From a virus (taxonomy: Duplodnaviria; Caudoviricetes): 64,000 nt of DNA. A program made the translations under genes and the position numbers. The DNA lies in the IMG/VR virus record IMGVR_UViG_3300025389_001063. The stretch is one strand, 5' to 3'. This document shows positions 28,446-36,848 of the stretch, piece by piece (within the stretch, counting starts at the first letter, position 1; each line of letters opens with the position of its first letter). The notes beneath the pieces were generated by a model that ran no database searches, was not told the DNA's origin, and saw only the letters and a program-made list of their open reading frames with translations.

Positions 28446-28446
28446 G

Positions 28447-29088
28447 TCACCACTCGAGTGGATTGCCTTTCCAATCGAAGAACCGTCCACTAAAGTCTTC
28501 AGGGAGATTCTCTAAAGTTCTCAAAACTTCTTCTGCTGACCTTGTGGGTTCTAGTGTAGCGAATTGACCTCCCATATCTGTCTTGACCCAACCTGGATCG
28601 ATTGCATAGACAAATATTCGTTTGGGTTTAAGATCAACTGCTAAACATTGTACCAGTTTATGTACAGCAGCCTTGCTCATTCTATATCCTAGACTGTATG
28701 TGGGATCGATATGATGTTCACCATAGCGGCCATATACAGTAACGCCACCTGTTAGTACAGAGCTACCCATCTCTGAACTAATAACAGCAATACGACTCTC
28801 GGGTTCTAGATGTGGGACTGCTGACTGTACCGTTCTCAGTGCGCCCACAGCATTGACATTGATTACATCTAGTATAGTATCTGGGTTTGAGTATAGAGTA
28901 TTCTCGCCATCTTTTACAGCAGCATTAACAATCAGCCGTTGGAATCTATCTGCGTCGCCAAATCTATATGATTGTCTCACGTCCCATTCTCTGCGGGTCA
29001 TAGCACAAACTTCGTGTCCTGTGAGTCTACATTGATCAGTTAGTGCTCTACCTAGTCCTCTATTAGTACCTGTTATAAGATATCTCAT
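28447..29088 (-). CDS. SDR-family oxidoreductase (CsgA-like)
   Basis: ITGTNRGLG, VNAA, SSEMGS, YRMSK, PGWVKTDMGG. Confidence 0.9.
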   Translation of the reverse strand: MRYLITGTNRGLGRALTDQCRLTGHEVCAMTRREWDVRQSYRFGDADRFQRLIVNAAVKDGENTLYSNPDTILDVINVNAVGALRTVQSAVPHLEPESRIAVISSEMGSSVLTGGVTVYGRYGEHHIDPTYSLGYRMSKAAVHKLVQCLAVDLKPKRIFVYAIDPGWVKTDMGGQFATLEPTRSAEEVLRTLENLPEDFSGRFFDWKGNPLEW

Positions 29089-29188
29089 TCACATTCTTCC
29101 TCGTAGTGACATTCTTGATTAGCCCAATTATCCCGATCTGGGATAACTGTAGTAGCAGTTATGATTGTGAGCATGGCTAGAAAGAATT

Positions 29189-29473
29189 TCATTTGGCAAG
29201 TACATTTATCGCATGTAGTGCGCCAAAGAGGAAGAATATGAATAGCATCAAGGACAGTATAATTCCGGCCACCAATTCCCAGTAAGCAATAGCCAGTAAC
29301 AGCGCCAGCAGCCCCATAACGAGAGCAGCAAAGTAGAATGCGCCTATGGGCCATATATAGAGTAGACAAGTGAATACCACAAACACTATAAAGGCTGGTA
29401 TAACTGTATCAGTCTCTCTAAGTATATAAGTAAAGGCAGCGCCACCTATTATTGATAAGATAAAGAAAGGCAT
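29189..29473 (-). CDS. Small membrane protein
   Basis: 94 aa, almost entirely hydrophobic; GAGG SD. Confidence 0.65.
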   Translation of the reverse strand: MPFFILSIIGGAAFTYILRETDTVIPAFIVFVVFTCLLYIWPIGAFYFAALVMGLLALLLAIAYWELVAGIILSLMLFIFFLFGALHAINVLAK

Positions 29474-29474
29474 A

Positions 29475-29609
29475 TTACCTCTCCTCTATTGCTATAATGT
29501 GTCGTGGGTCGATACCCCATGCATCAAATGCTAAAGCAGCCTGTGTCCATGTGCGAGCTATGCAGTTAACTGCCTCGCCATTATCCAGTATGAATTTAAA
29601 CCAGGTCAT
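29475..29609 (-). CDS. 44 aa hypothetical protein (not in track)
   Basis: MTWFKFILDNGEAVNC..., fills the gap between neighbouring ORFs. Confidence 0.5.
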   Translation of the reverse strand: MTWFKFILDNGEAVNCIARTWTQAALAFDAWGIDPRHIIAIEER

Positions 29610-29610
29610 A

Positions 29611-29823
29611 TCAGTAGCTCCCTACTAGTTTGCCATCTTGATTGATATACACATAGACTCTACCGTATCCGATAGAGTTATCTATGTCTTCATATGCTAT
29701 TTTAAATATAGCATGACCGCGTTCGTTTACACCTTGGAACTCGACTTGTAGGAATTCATCTACATAGCCATTCTCGGCTAATGCTTCTAGTACTTCTTGT
29801 CGAGTCCATTTTGAGAGATCCAC
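29611..29823 (-). CDS. Hypothetical protein, tandem paralog of 29823..30041
   Basis: W(T)xxEV..LxxNGY...F.GVN..G...F.I...GRV.V...DG.LVG.[YF]. Confidence 0.7.
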   Translation of the reverse strand: MDLSKWTRQEVLEALAENGYVDEFLQVEFQGVNERGHAIFKIAYEDIDNSIGYGRVYVYINQDGKLVGSY

Positions 29824-30041
29824 TAGAAGTCTCCTACCAGTATGCCATCTTTGTTAAAGCCCACGAACACTCTACCTGTGTCAACACCATACTCGGCATC
29901 GTCGTTGTAGAATGTGATATCGAACATACCTTGTCCGCTTGCATTAACGCCCGCGAACTTTGCTTCAACTATCTCGCTCTCGTAGCCATTTGCTTCGAGA
30001 GATGCCTCTACCTCTTTGTGAGTCCAATTAGCAAGATTCAT
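29823..30041 (-). CDS. Hypothetical protein, tandem paralog of 29611..29823
   Basis: Same motif; GGAG SD. Confidence 0.7.
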   Translation of the reverse strand: MNLANWTHKEVEASLEANGYESEIVEAKFAGVNASGQGMFDITFYNDDAEYGVDTGRVFVGFNKDGILVGDF

Positions 30042-30052
30042 TTGCTTTCTCC

Positions 30053-30394
30053 TCAGTCCAGTCTCGAGCCAGCGTAGGCAGTGAAGCCATAGCGTTTGAA
30101 TACTTCAGCGGCAGCTCTTGCGCCTTCCTCTAGTGTGTCGATATTCTGACAGGGGAACTTAGCAGGGTTCCAAATTTGATATGAGCCAGTATAGCTCTTG
30201 CGGAAGCCCGCAGCCTTCATAGCCTTACCTAGTTTAGTATTACCCTTGATGCCGTAGATGTCGACCCAAGCAAAGCCGCAAGCATATTGATCCACACCGC
30301 CCAGCTTCTCCATAAAGAATTTGTGAGCAGCATCTTGAGCAATGGCTTGAGCTTCTTGGAGGATGTCTTGGAGTTCAGCAACGGAATAGTTCAT
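30053..30394 (-). CDS. Phage hypothetical protein
   Basis: ACGFAWVDI motif; own promoter and AAGGAG SD. Confidence 0.75.
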   Translation of the reverse strand: MNYSVAELQDILQEAQAIAQDAAHKFFMEKLGGVDQYACGFAWVDIYGIKGNTKLGKAMKAAGFRKSYTGSYQIWNPAKFPCQNIDTLEEGARAAAEVFKRYGFTAYAGSRLD

Positions 30395-30451
30395 ATCATG
30401 CTCCTTAGTGTCTATGAGTTTATAATAGCACCTAGTCCGTATTCGTCAACC

Positions 30452-30607
30452 TCACAGTCCGCAAGCGTCGTAGAAGCGCTGACGATTGAACTTTGGGTTT
30501 GCTTGTTTAGCAATGATAGCGAATGCTTCAGCAGCATCTAGAGCGCTCTTACGATCTTCCATCTTAGCGATTACTTCTGCCATTGCTTTGAAGTGCTTGC
30601 GGGACAT
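30452..30607 (-). CDS. 51 aa phage protein (not in track)
   Basis: MSRKHFKAMA...NPKFNRQRFYDACGL; promoter and AAGGAG SD. Confidence 0.75.
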   Translation of the reverse strand: MSRKHFKAMAEVIAKMEDRKSALDAAEAFAIIAKQANPKFNRQRFYDACGL

Positions 30608-30643
30608 ATCATGCTCCTTTGTTTATGAGTTTATAATAGCACC

Positions 30644-30940
30644 TTAAGCGAGTACGTCAACCCCGGGCCAAATCTCAACCCACCAGTGGCTTTGGCTTGC
30701 TAGGCTAGCACCACCTCGGAATGAAGTCCACTTCTCACCGTAGTCCTTGAGGTGATAGTTCATTCCTGCTTCGTTGAGTCGTTTACATACAGCAATTTTG
30801 TATGTCTCAGCATCTGTGCCGTGTCTATAGTAGAAGCCTCTGCGGATGACAATGCTTCCATCTCTGCGTTTACTAACAGTGTCGGCTAGGGCGGCGAGTG
30901 TGTTCGAAACTTGGGCTTGGAAGGACTTTGGCTTTGCCAT
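30644..30940 (-). CDS. Hypothetical protein
   Basis: Own promoter, GAGGAG SD. Confidence 0.7.
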   Translation of the reverse strand: MAKPKSFQAQVSNTLAALADTVSKRRDGSIVIRRGFYYRHGTDAETYKIAVCKRLNEAGMNYHLKDYGEKWTSFRGGASLASQSHWWVEIWPGVDVLA

Positions 30941-30989
30941 ATTGTGCTCCTCTGTTTATGAGTTTATAATAGCACCTCTGCGGGTGCTG

Positions 30990-31133
30990 TCAACTATGTC
31001 GTTTCACTTCGTGCCCGCACTCTGAGCAATGAAGCACACCGTCCCAATCGTCGTGTATAGATGTTTCCTCATAGTGACCCTTGCCGCACTTCTCGCAGAC
31101 CTGTCCCATATGATCGGTCGTTTCCTTGCCCAT
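30990..31133 (-). CDS. 47 aa zinc-ribbon protein (not in track)
   Basis: CEKC...CSEC; GAGGAG SD; its stop TGA is part of the next -35 box. Confidence 0.7.
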   Translation of the reverse strand: MGKETTDHMGQVCEKCGKGHYEETSIHDDWDGVLHCSECGHEVKRHS

Positions 31134-31169
31134 AGTGTGCTCCTCTGTTTATGAGTTTATAATAGCACC

Positions 31170-31391
31170 TTATGCCTCTTCGTCAACCGTATCCTCGAGG
31201 GCTTCGACGTTATATATAAAGTCCTGACAGTATGTCAACATACGCTGGAAAGCATATTGTTCTTCTTTGCTAAGTTCTGCGAGGAACTGCTCCATAGTCT
31301 TGCCATCGTCTACGGCTTCCCCTACGATGTCTAAGCAATCACGGAAGTCCATCATAGTGTTCTGAAAGCGGCAGTAAGACATGTTAGCCAT
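31170..31391 (-). CDS. Phage hypothetical protein
   Basis: MANMSYCRFQNT motif; AGGAG SD. Confidence 0.75.
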   Translation of the reverse strand: MANMSYCRFQNTMMDFRDCLDIVGEAVDDGKTMEQFLAELSKEEQYAFQRMLTYCQDFIYNVEALEDTVDEEA

Positions 31392-31406
31392 TTGACTCTC
31401 CTTTGC

Positions 31407-31640
31407 TTATGCTGTTACTTTAACAGACTTTGCCACATTGTCAACCACTTCACCTTTGATGTCAAATGAGAACTTACAAGCCTGGTCTAATGACATGCGA
31501 GTGATATAGAGATTGTCGGGATCTCCATCAGTCTCTAGATAGCGGATACGAGCACGACGGGCACGATCAAGAGTAGTATATAAACCCATCAACTCGTCAA
31601 AGTGCCCCCATCGATACCACACTCCGTATACATTTGACAT
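31407..31640 (-). CDS. Hypothetical protein, related to 32329..32550
   Basis: LMGLYTTLDRA vs MLGVYRTLDEA. Confidence 0.7.
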   Translation of the reverse strand: MSNVYGVWYRWGHFDELMGLYTTLDRARRARIRYLETDGDPDNLYITRMSLDQACKFSFDIKGEVVDNVAKSVKVTA

Positions 31641-31689
31641 AGTAGCCTCCTTTGTTTATGAGTTTACTATAGCACCTCTGCGGGCGTTG

Positions 31690-31881
31690 TCAATAGGACC
31701 CAATACCTCTGCGGACTTTGCGTTTAGGAGCAGCAGGTTTACGCTTGCTGATGTTTACATTCAGGAACTCTACAAGCAGGGCATCCATCATAGCATCACG
31801 CTGGGCGGGATCGTTGGTCTTGAGAACCTGGGTGAATCGGGGTGCAGCACTATCTAAGAACCTATCCATTGCCTTTGACAT
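31690..31881 (-). CDS. Small basic hypothetical protein
   Basis: Promoter and AAGGAG SD. Confidence 0.65.
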   Translation of the reverse strand: MSKAMDRFLDSAAPRFTQVLKTNDPAQRDAMMDALLVEFLNVNISKRKPAAPKRKVRRGIGSY

Positions 31882-31895
31882 CGTATGCTCCTTTG

Positions 31896-32117
31896 TTATG
31901 CTCTTACTTTAGCACCTTTGCGGAGTATGTCAACCAAGCCCTGTTGTAGTGTTGACAATTCCTCATTGTCAACATATATGTCAGTTCGGGGATCCCAATA
32001 CTGCCCTTCACGCGGATCATAGTAAAGGATTCTACCGTTGGCGTATGTAAACGGGCCCTCTAGTCCTTTGCGAGGGCCAAACCCGTGATCGATATGGGGA
32101 AGAACAGTATAGCCCAT
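31896..32117 (-). CDS. Phage hypothetical protein
   Basis: LYYDPREGQYWDPRTDIYV motif. Confidence 0.75.
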   Translation of the reverse strand: MGYTVLPHIDHGFGPRKGLEGPFTYANGRILYYDPREGQYWDPRTDIYVDNEELSTLQQGLVDILRKGAKVRA

Positions 32118-32127
32118 TTGATTCTCC

Positions 32128-32313
32128 TTAATCTATCAAGTCCCCATCACTGAACTCAATGTCTACTTCATAGTTCCAGTTCTTAGAACGTTCTTCAGGG
32201 GTAGCATCGAAGAACTGCTTCTCTGCTTTCTGGACTGCCTTCTTGGCACTCTTGGCTTCTACTTCGATAGCGTAGCGGACGATCTCTTGTATTTCTACGA
32301 TGAACTTAGCCAT
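32128..32313 (-). CDS. Small acidic hypothetical protein
   Basis: Promoter and AAGGA SD. Confidence 0.65.
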   Translation of the reverse strand: MAKFIVEIQEIVRYAIEVEAKSAKKAVQKAEKQFFDATPEERSKNWNYEVDIEFSDGDLID

Positions 32314-32328
32314 TTGACGTTCCTTTGT

Positions 32329-32550
32329 TTATGCTGCTAATATAGCATCACTGTTCAGTGTGTCAACCACTTGGGGAAGTCCTGCTTCCTCACTGAGCAT
32401 TTTTTGAACTATCTCGTAGGAGTCATACCCTCCCTGTTCTAGTGCTACCTCTCTAGCCCAAAAGCGAGCCTCATCTAGTGTGCGATAAACGCCCAGCATA
32501 TCTGATTCACCGTATTGTAAACATCCTACGAGTATGTACAGCATCGTCAA
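32329..32550 (-). CDS. Hypothetical protein
   Basis: Promoter upstream; related to 31407..31640. Confidence 0.65.
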   Translation of the reverse strand: MTMLYILVGCLQYGESDMLGVYRTLDEARFWAREVALEQGGYDSYEIVQKMLSEEAGLPQVVDTLNSDAILAA

Positions 32551-32581
32551 CTCCTATTGCTTATGATGCTATAATAGCACC

Positions 32582-32806
32582 TTAGTCCATATTGTCAACC
32601 TTGAACCAATCTTCTAAGATTTGATCTCGCCAAGCAGCCATATTCTCTAAGCCCACGTGTTCTTCCACATAATGATTAATATCTTCGTGGGGGAATTTAG
32701 AAAGATCCCATAGTGCTTGTTTGAGAGCATGTACGGCACTCTCGGCTCTGGAGAAAGTCATCTCCAGACTTTCATGTGCTTCTTGCATTTGATTATTGAT
32801 TGACAT
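32582..32806 (-). CDS. Hypothetical protein
   Basis: ATG 32806 with GGAGG SD. Confidence 0.65.
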   Translation of the reverse strand: MSINNQMQEAHESLEMTFSRAESAVHALKQALWDLSKFPHEDINHYVEEHVGLENMAAWRDQILEDWFKVDNMD

Positions 32807-32814
32807 AATACCTC

Positions 32815-33834
32815 CTACTTCAGACATGTAACAATAGCATAGTCTTGCCAACGGTCTTTGAATGACTTCTTCAAGTCCGCTAGTTTAAGTATAGTACGCA
32901 ATGAGAGCTCTCTGAGTTGCTTCTTGTTTGAGTCGACGAATTCTAGTATCTCGTCAACTTCTTCTTGTTCGAAGTTATAGTCGCGTAGCATACCGTCTTC
33001 GACAATCTGTTTGATACGTAGTATCTTATCGCGCTCACTGTCAATAGTGAGATCAACATAATGACTTCTGGATTCAAGAGCATCGAGGTGATCCTTCAGT
33101 TTCTTCGATTTGACATGATCGAATTTGATGTTAGTGATAAAGATAGCACTCGCTTTAAACTCAAAGCGATTTGGAATACCTTCACGTTCAAGCAAGCGAC
33201 TATCGGTATTCCAACTAATGTAACGACGCTTGCTGGAGTCTAGAGCAGCCTTGAGAATGTTTAGTGATAAGTCATCTAAGAGTACGCTATCGCAGTCGTC
33301 GAACACGATAACATTACCTGCTTCACTGTACTCGTATAGTTTAGCGTACAAGCCCAAAGCACTCATCGCACCTTTAACAATCTCGTACTTAGGCTTCTTG
33401 TTACCGATGGTGTTGAATAGGTCTGATTTAGCCAATTGGGCTTCGACACCAAAGGACTTACCGACGCCCGGTGGTCCACTAACGATAACAGCCCGTACAT
33501 TACCTTCTTTGGCAGCCTGTGTGATATCGGATAAGATTTTAAACCTTCTGCGGAGTCGTTCCTTAATCTCACTGTCAGTCTCCGTTGCTATATGCTTCTC
33601 TATATGATCGCTAATGTTGCCGTTTGATATCGAGTACGTACCGGTTGCTTGGGATACGCGGATGCGAATGTTGCGATCAGGGAAGCCGCGAACAGCACGA
33701 GCATCAACCGTGACATAATAGCCCTTGTCATCTTCTTTAGTCTCCTCTACGAGTGGAAACACCATACCAGCGACACTCTGAGGCTCACCTTTGATATTAT
33801 ATGTGCCCTCAGAGAACTTAATGAGAATGGACAT
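32815..33834 (-). CDS. AAA-family P-loop ATPase
   Basis: GPPGVGKS, VFDDCD, FITN, SR motifs; start ATG 33834. Confidence 0.88.
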   Translation of the reverse strand: MSILIKFSEGTYNIKGEPQSVAGMVFPLVEETKEDDKGYYVTVDARAVRGFPDRNIRIRVSQATGTYSISNGNISDHIEKHIATETDSEIKERLRRRFKILSDITQAAKEGNVRAVIVSGPPGVGKSFGVEAQLAKSDLFNTIGNKKPKYEIVKGAMSALGLYAKLYEYSEAGNVIVFDDCDSVLLDDLSLNILKAALDSSKRRYISWNTDSRLLEREGIPNRFEFKASAIFITNIKFDHVKSKKLKDHLDALESRSHYVDLTIDSERDKILRIKQIVEDGMLRDYNFEQEEVDEILEFVDSNKKQLRELSLRTILKLADLKKSFKDRWQDYAIVTCLK

Positions 33835-33937
33835 TCGTCTTATCCTTCTTACGGTTGTATACTTTTTTGGATTTAACAATACGCTTGCGAAAGAGCGGGT
33901 TGCTCAACGCAGCAGCATAAGGGTTATACTTACTCAT
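33818..33937 (-). CDS. 39 aa ArfA-like basic peptide (not in track)
   Basis: MSKYNPYAAALSNPLFRKRIVKSKKVYNRKKDK...; own promoter, AAGGAG SD. Confidence 0.6.
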   Translation of the reverse strand: MSKYNPYAAALSNPLFRKRIVKSKKVYNRKKDKTNVHSH

Positions 33938-33974
33938 CGCTCTCTCCTTATGCTGCTACTATAGCACCTATACT

Positions 33975-34208
33975 CTATGCGTCAACCCCCATGTGAAGTC
34001 TATCGCGAACTTCTTGTTCAGCCGCCCAATCCTCGAGCAATTTGGTAGCAGACTTAACCTGAGCAGCAACAGTAGGATGAGTCTCGATCAATCCCTTAAG
34101 GAATGACTCATAGAAGCCCGCTTGATAGTCAAACCCTGTGTGGGTAAGTTGGCTAGAACGACGGTTAACAGCGTCTTGAAAGCGCTCAAAAACGGATACT
34201 TCTGACAT
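33975..34208 (-). CDS. Hypothetical protein
   Basis: Promoter and AAGGAG SD. Confidence 0.7.
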   Translation of the reverse strand: MSEVSVFERFQDAVNRRSSQLTHTGFDYQAGFYESFLKGLIETHPTVAAQVKSATKLLEDWAAEQEVRDRLHMGVDA

Positions 34209-34261
34209 GCTCTGCTCCTTTGTTTATACCTTATAATAGCATAATGTTAGGGCTTGTCAAC

Positions 34262-34579
34262 CTATCGGCAGTATTGTCTACGAACCCAGCCATAGCGTTC
34301 GTCCCATCCACGACTATTAGTGCATCGATATGGTCGAGCAACCTCGACTTGTTCTTGTATAGCAACAGGCGGAGCCATGACTGCTGGGGGTGGAGGGGGA
34401 GGTGCTGCCATAGCACGAGAAGCAATAGCGCCTCCGATCATACCCCCGATGAGCCCCATTCCCATTTCCATGCCATAACCGCCATAGCCCCACATAGGGC
34501 TTGATCCCCAAAACTGAGCATGAGCAGGTGTTGCTGCTAGGGCAACAGCAACGACCGTTGTGGCTAAGACTTTACGCAT
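34262..34579 (-). CDS. Secreted Gly/Pro-rich protein with glycine zipper
   Basis: Signal peptide ...PAHA, GLIGGMIGGAIA, poly-Pro, paired Cys; ATG 34579. Confidence 0.7.
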   Translation of the reverse strand: MRKVLATTVVAVALAATPAHAQFWGSSPMWGYGGYGMEMGMGLIGGMIGGAIASRAMAAPPPPPPAVMAPPVAIQEQVEVARPYRCTNSRGWDERYGWVRRQYCR

Positions 34580-34751
34580 AGTCTTGTTCCTCATTGTAGA
34601 AGTATTGACGATCAAACCATTGGACTACATCTTCTTCAGTCCACATATGGGAGGATGGTAAGCAATGATACTTCTCACGATATGCTTCCCTGAATACTTC
34701 CCAGAGTGCTTCGTTTACAATAGCACATACTTCGTTTTTTGGTATTCCCAT
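34572..34751 (-). CDS. 59 aa hypothetical protein (not in track)
   Basis: Promoter at 34769-34798, GAGGA SD. Confidence 0.55.
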   Translation of the reverse strand: MGIPKNEVCAIVNEALWEVFREAYREKYHCLPSSHMWTEEDVVQWFDRQYFYNEEQDYA

Positions 34752-34801
34752 CGTGTCCTCCTATAATACATATTAGCATCTAATTGGACTGTGTCAACCA
34801 A

Positions 34802-34885
34802 TGGTATCCGCGGCCGGACTCGAACCGGCACGAACAAGTCGAGGGATTTTAAGTCCCTTGTGTCTACCAATTCCACCACGCGGAC
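34802..34885 (-). tRNA. trnL: tRNA-Leu(UAA)
   Basis: Type II cloverleaf, anticodon loop CT-TAA-AA, TTCGAGT T loop, encoded CCA. Confidence 0.95.
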
Positions 34886-34886
34886 A

Positions 34887-34963
34887 TGGTGCCCCCACTC
34901 AGACTTGAACTGAGAACCTGCGGTTTATGAGACCGATGCTCTAACCGATTGAGCTATGAGGAC
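34887..34963 (-). tRNA. tRNA with CAU anticodon (Ile2 or elongator Met)
   Basis: Cloverleaf, loop CT-CAT-AA, paired G1-C72 (not initiator), encoded CCA. Confidence 0.9.
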
Positions 34964-35106
34964 TATTCAGCAGCATACTTCTCTATGATTGCAATAGCTT
35001 GATCGATATGTTCCATGGCTTTAGTTAAAGCATCTTCGTTGCCTTCTAAACCTTCAATAATCTCGAAAGCATTATTGAGCATATCTAAAACTTCTTGCTT
35101 CTCCAT
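34963..35106 (-). CDS. 47 aa acidic helical protein (not in track)
   Basis: Promoter at 35125-35154, GGAGG SD; the last G of its TAG is tRNA G1. Confidence 0.6.
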   Translation of the reverse strand: MEKQEVLDMLNNAFEIIEGLEGNEDALTKAMEHIDQAIAIIEKYAAE

Positions 35107-35154
35107 AGCTGCCTCCTATTTTCTAGTATATAGTGAGTAGAGGCACTCGTCAAG

Positions 35155-35176
35155 AAAAAAGGGGGATTTCTCCCCC
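35155..35176 (-). terminator. Intrinsic terminator
   Basis: Minus strand GGGGGA-gaaa-TCCCCC-TTTTTT. Confidence 0.85.
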
Positions 35177-35182
35177 TATTCT

Positions 35183-35512
35183 TTAAGCGAGTTCAGCCTT
35201 AGGAACAAAAGTCGGTTGAGCGATATTCGCCTTAGTCTTAGCCTTAGGTGCCTTAGCAGCAACCTTAGGGGTCTGCTTTACATTCTTAGCAGCATAATCC
35301 GCGAACACCGACTGAGCCTCTGTGTTCTCAAATAGTGCCAGCGTGGACAAATACGCCACAGCAGCGTCCTTTGACATAGCCTGAGGCAACTCAACTAGGT
35401 CAATGTCCTTATGACCATTGCGCTGAAGCACCTTGACTCGCGTAACGAAGTCATTGGCAAAGCGAAGCTTGAGAGCACCATTTTGACGTGAAAGACCAGC
35501 AACTGTAAACAT
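35183..35512 (-). CDS. Phage protein with Lys/Ala-rich tail, putative DNA-binding
   Basis: FTVAG.S...KLRFAND..RVKVL.RNGH; own promoter, 5' hairpin, terminator. Confidence 0.7.
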   Translation of the reverse strand: MFTVAGLSRQNGALKLRFANDFVTRVKVLQRNGHKDIDLVELPQAMSKDAAVAYLSTLALFENTEAQSVFADYAAKNVKQTPKVAAKAPKAKTKANIAQPTFVPKAELA

Positions 35513-35591
35513 ACTTAACTCCTCTTCTGTGTGTGTTGGGCACCATTGCCCATAGTCCTATAATAGCACCTCTATGAGTGCTGTCAACCGG

Positions 35592-35888
35592 TTAAGCCAT
35601 AACCGGATCTATGACAGGTGCTAACATATTAGCCGGCACCCGATAATTCCCACGCGACGTATTCACAATCACGTTCTTCTGCATGACCTTCTCTACTGTG
35701 CCAAATAACTTCTGACCAGCACGGTTAGTGAACGATACCTTAGAGCCAGATCGCACCATAGAAGTATTACGCTTAGCCAATTGAGCCCTACGATACTTCA
35801 TAGCATCGATGAGCATATTAAGTTCATCATTAGAAGCTTCGAATTGAATGAAGCTGATAGCAGCATTACGAGCAGCAACAGTAGACAT
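35592..35888 (-). CDS. SH3/KOW-like hypothetical protein
   Basis: GSKVSF...GTVEKV...NVIV...YRVPANML; AAGGAG SD before ATG 35888. Confidence 0.7.
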   Translation of the reverse strand: MSTVAARNAAISFIQFEASNDELNMLIDAMKYRRAQLAKRNTSMVRSGSKVSFTNRAGQKLFGTVEKVMQKNVIVNTSRGNYRVPANMLAPVIDPVMA

Positions 35889-35943
35889 ATCCAACTCCTT
35901 AGTTCTCATCCTATACCTTACTATAACACCTTATTCGATAGTG

Positions 35944-36120
35944 TCAACCAGCTAAGAAATACCAAAACCCAGCAACAATATAGAATCCAAACATCATATT
36001 GCGAACCCAATCAATCTTGAAACACATCAAGCCAGTGAATAACCAAACCGAGGCTATGACCATCCCATATTCGTTAAGGTTGATCAAAGTTAATGCAGCA
36101 GCAAGTAGGATCGCATACAT
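35944..36120 (-). CDS. Small membrane protein
   Basis: Hydrophobic; ATG 36120; stop TGA lies in the next -35 box. Confidence 0.6.
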   Translation of the reverse strand: MYAILLAAALTLINLNEYGMVIASVWLFTGLMCFKIDWVRNMMFGFYIVAGFWYFLAG

Positions 36121-36186
36121 TGGCTCTCTCCTTATGCCCTTAGTATAGCAGGGGCTGTCCAATTGTCAACCCCTGCTTGTTTACAA

Positions 36187-36336
36187 TCAAGGCACTCTGA
36201 TAAAAGCCGCATCCCCCCTCTTATTAAAGATCACAGCCTGAGAATTCTGCAACCATGACTCCTTCTCGGCAAAAGCCTTGGCATCTTCCCAATTGTCGAA
36301 CTTTTGAGTTACCTTACCAATCTTGACTGTAAACAT
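36187..36336 (-). CDS. 49 aa hypothetical protein (not in track)
   Basis: TAATG-coupled to the upstream gene; FDNWEDAKAFA. Confidence 0.55.
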   Translation of the reverse strand: MFTVKIGKVTQKFDNWEDAKAFAEKESWLQNSQAVIFNKRGDAAFIRVP

Positions 36337-36806
36337 TATTCTGACTCCTCTTCTTCCTCTTCCCACATAGCATTATTCTCACTAATAGAAAACTCCATAT
36401 CGATGTCTTCAGGAATATCCTTAGTGCCTTCATAGCAGTCGTCCTCACCATCAGTCCAACGACCACAGAAGTCCATGCCTGGCTCATAGTAGAATGCATC
36501 TACTTCAAAGTCTAACTCTACCAAATGCTCATAGAACGCCAGTGGAGGTGACCAAGCAGTCTCAAATGATAAGTTCAATTGATCAAACCTTATAGCAGCA
36601 GGACTATCGAAACCACGCTCAACATCCCACTTGGTGCCCCAGTTCTCTAGGTTCCAATTATACCAACCTTCACCCTCTAATAGCTCTGGGGGAGTAGGGA
36701 GGAAGGCTTTGAACAAGCCCTCACCATTATAACCAGCCGCCGCCTTCTCTAGCATGGCTCGGTCTTTGTGCTTAAGATAAAGTGTATTTGAACACCAATT
36801 AGGCAT
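36336..36806 (-). CDS. YubB/DUF1281 (Api92-like) ferredoxin-fold protein
   Basis: MPNWCSN, WNLENWGTKW, FETAWSPP, YYEPGMDFCG. Confidence 0.8.
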   Translation of the reverse strand: MPNWCSNTLYLKHKDRAMLEKAAAGYNGEGLFKAFLPTPPELLEGEGWYNWNLENWGTKWDVERGFDSPAAIRFDQLNLSFETAWSPPLAFYEHLVELDFEVDAFYYEPGMDFCGRWTDGEDDCYEGTKDIPEDIDMEFSISENNAMWEEEEEESE

Positions 36807-36848
36807 AGCAGCCTCTCTTGTTAGAGTTTACGATTATATAATAGCACC

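Noticed and set aside
28272-28490. 72 aa - strand ORF at the convergence point
   Set aside because: It overlaps both flanking genes and has no SD; the region is better explained as structured non-coding sequence.
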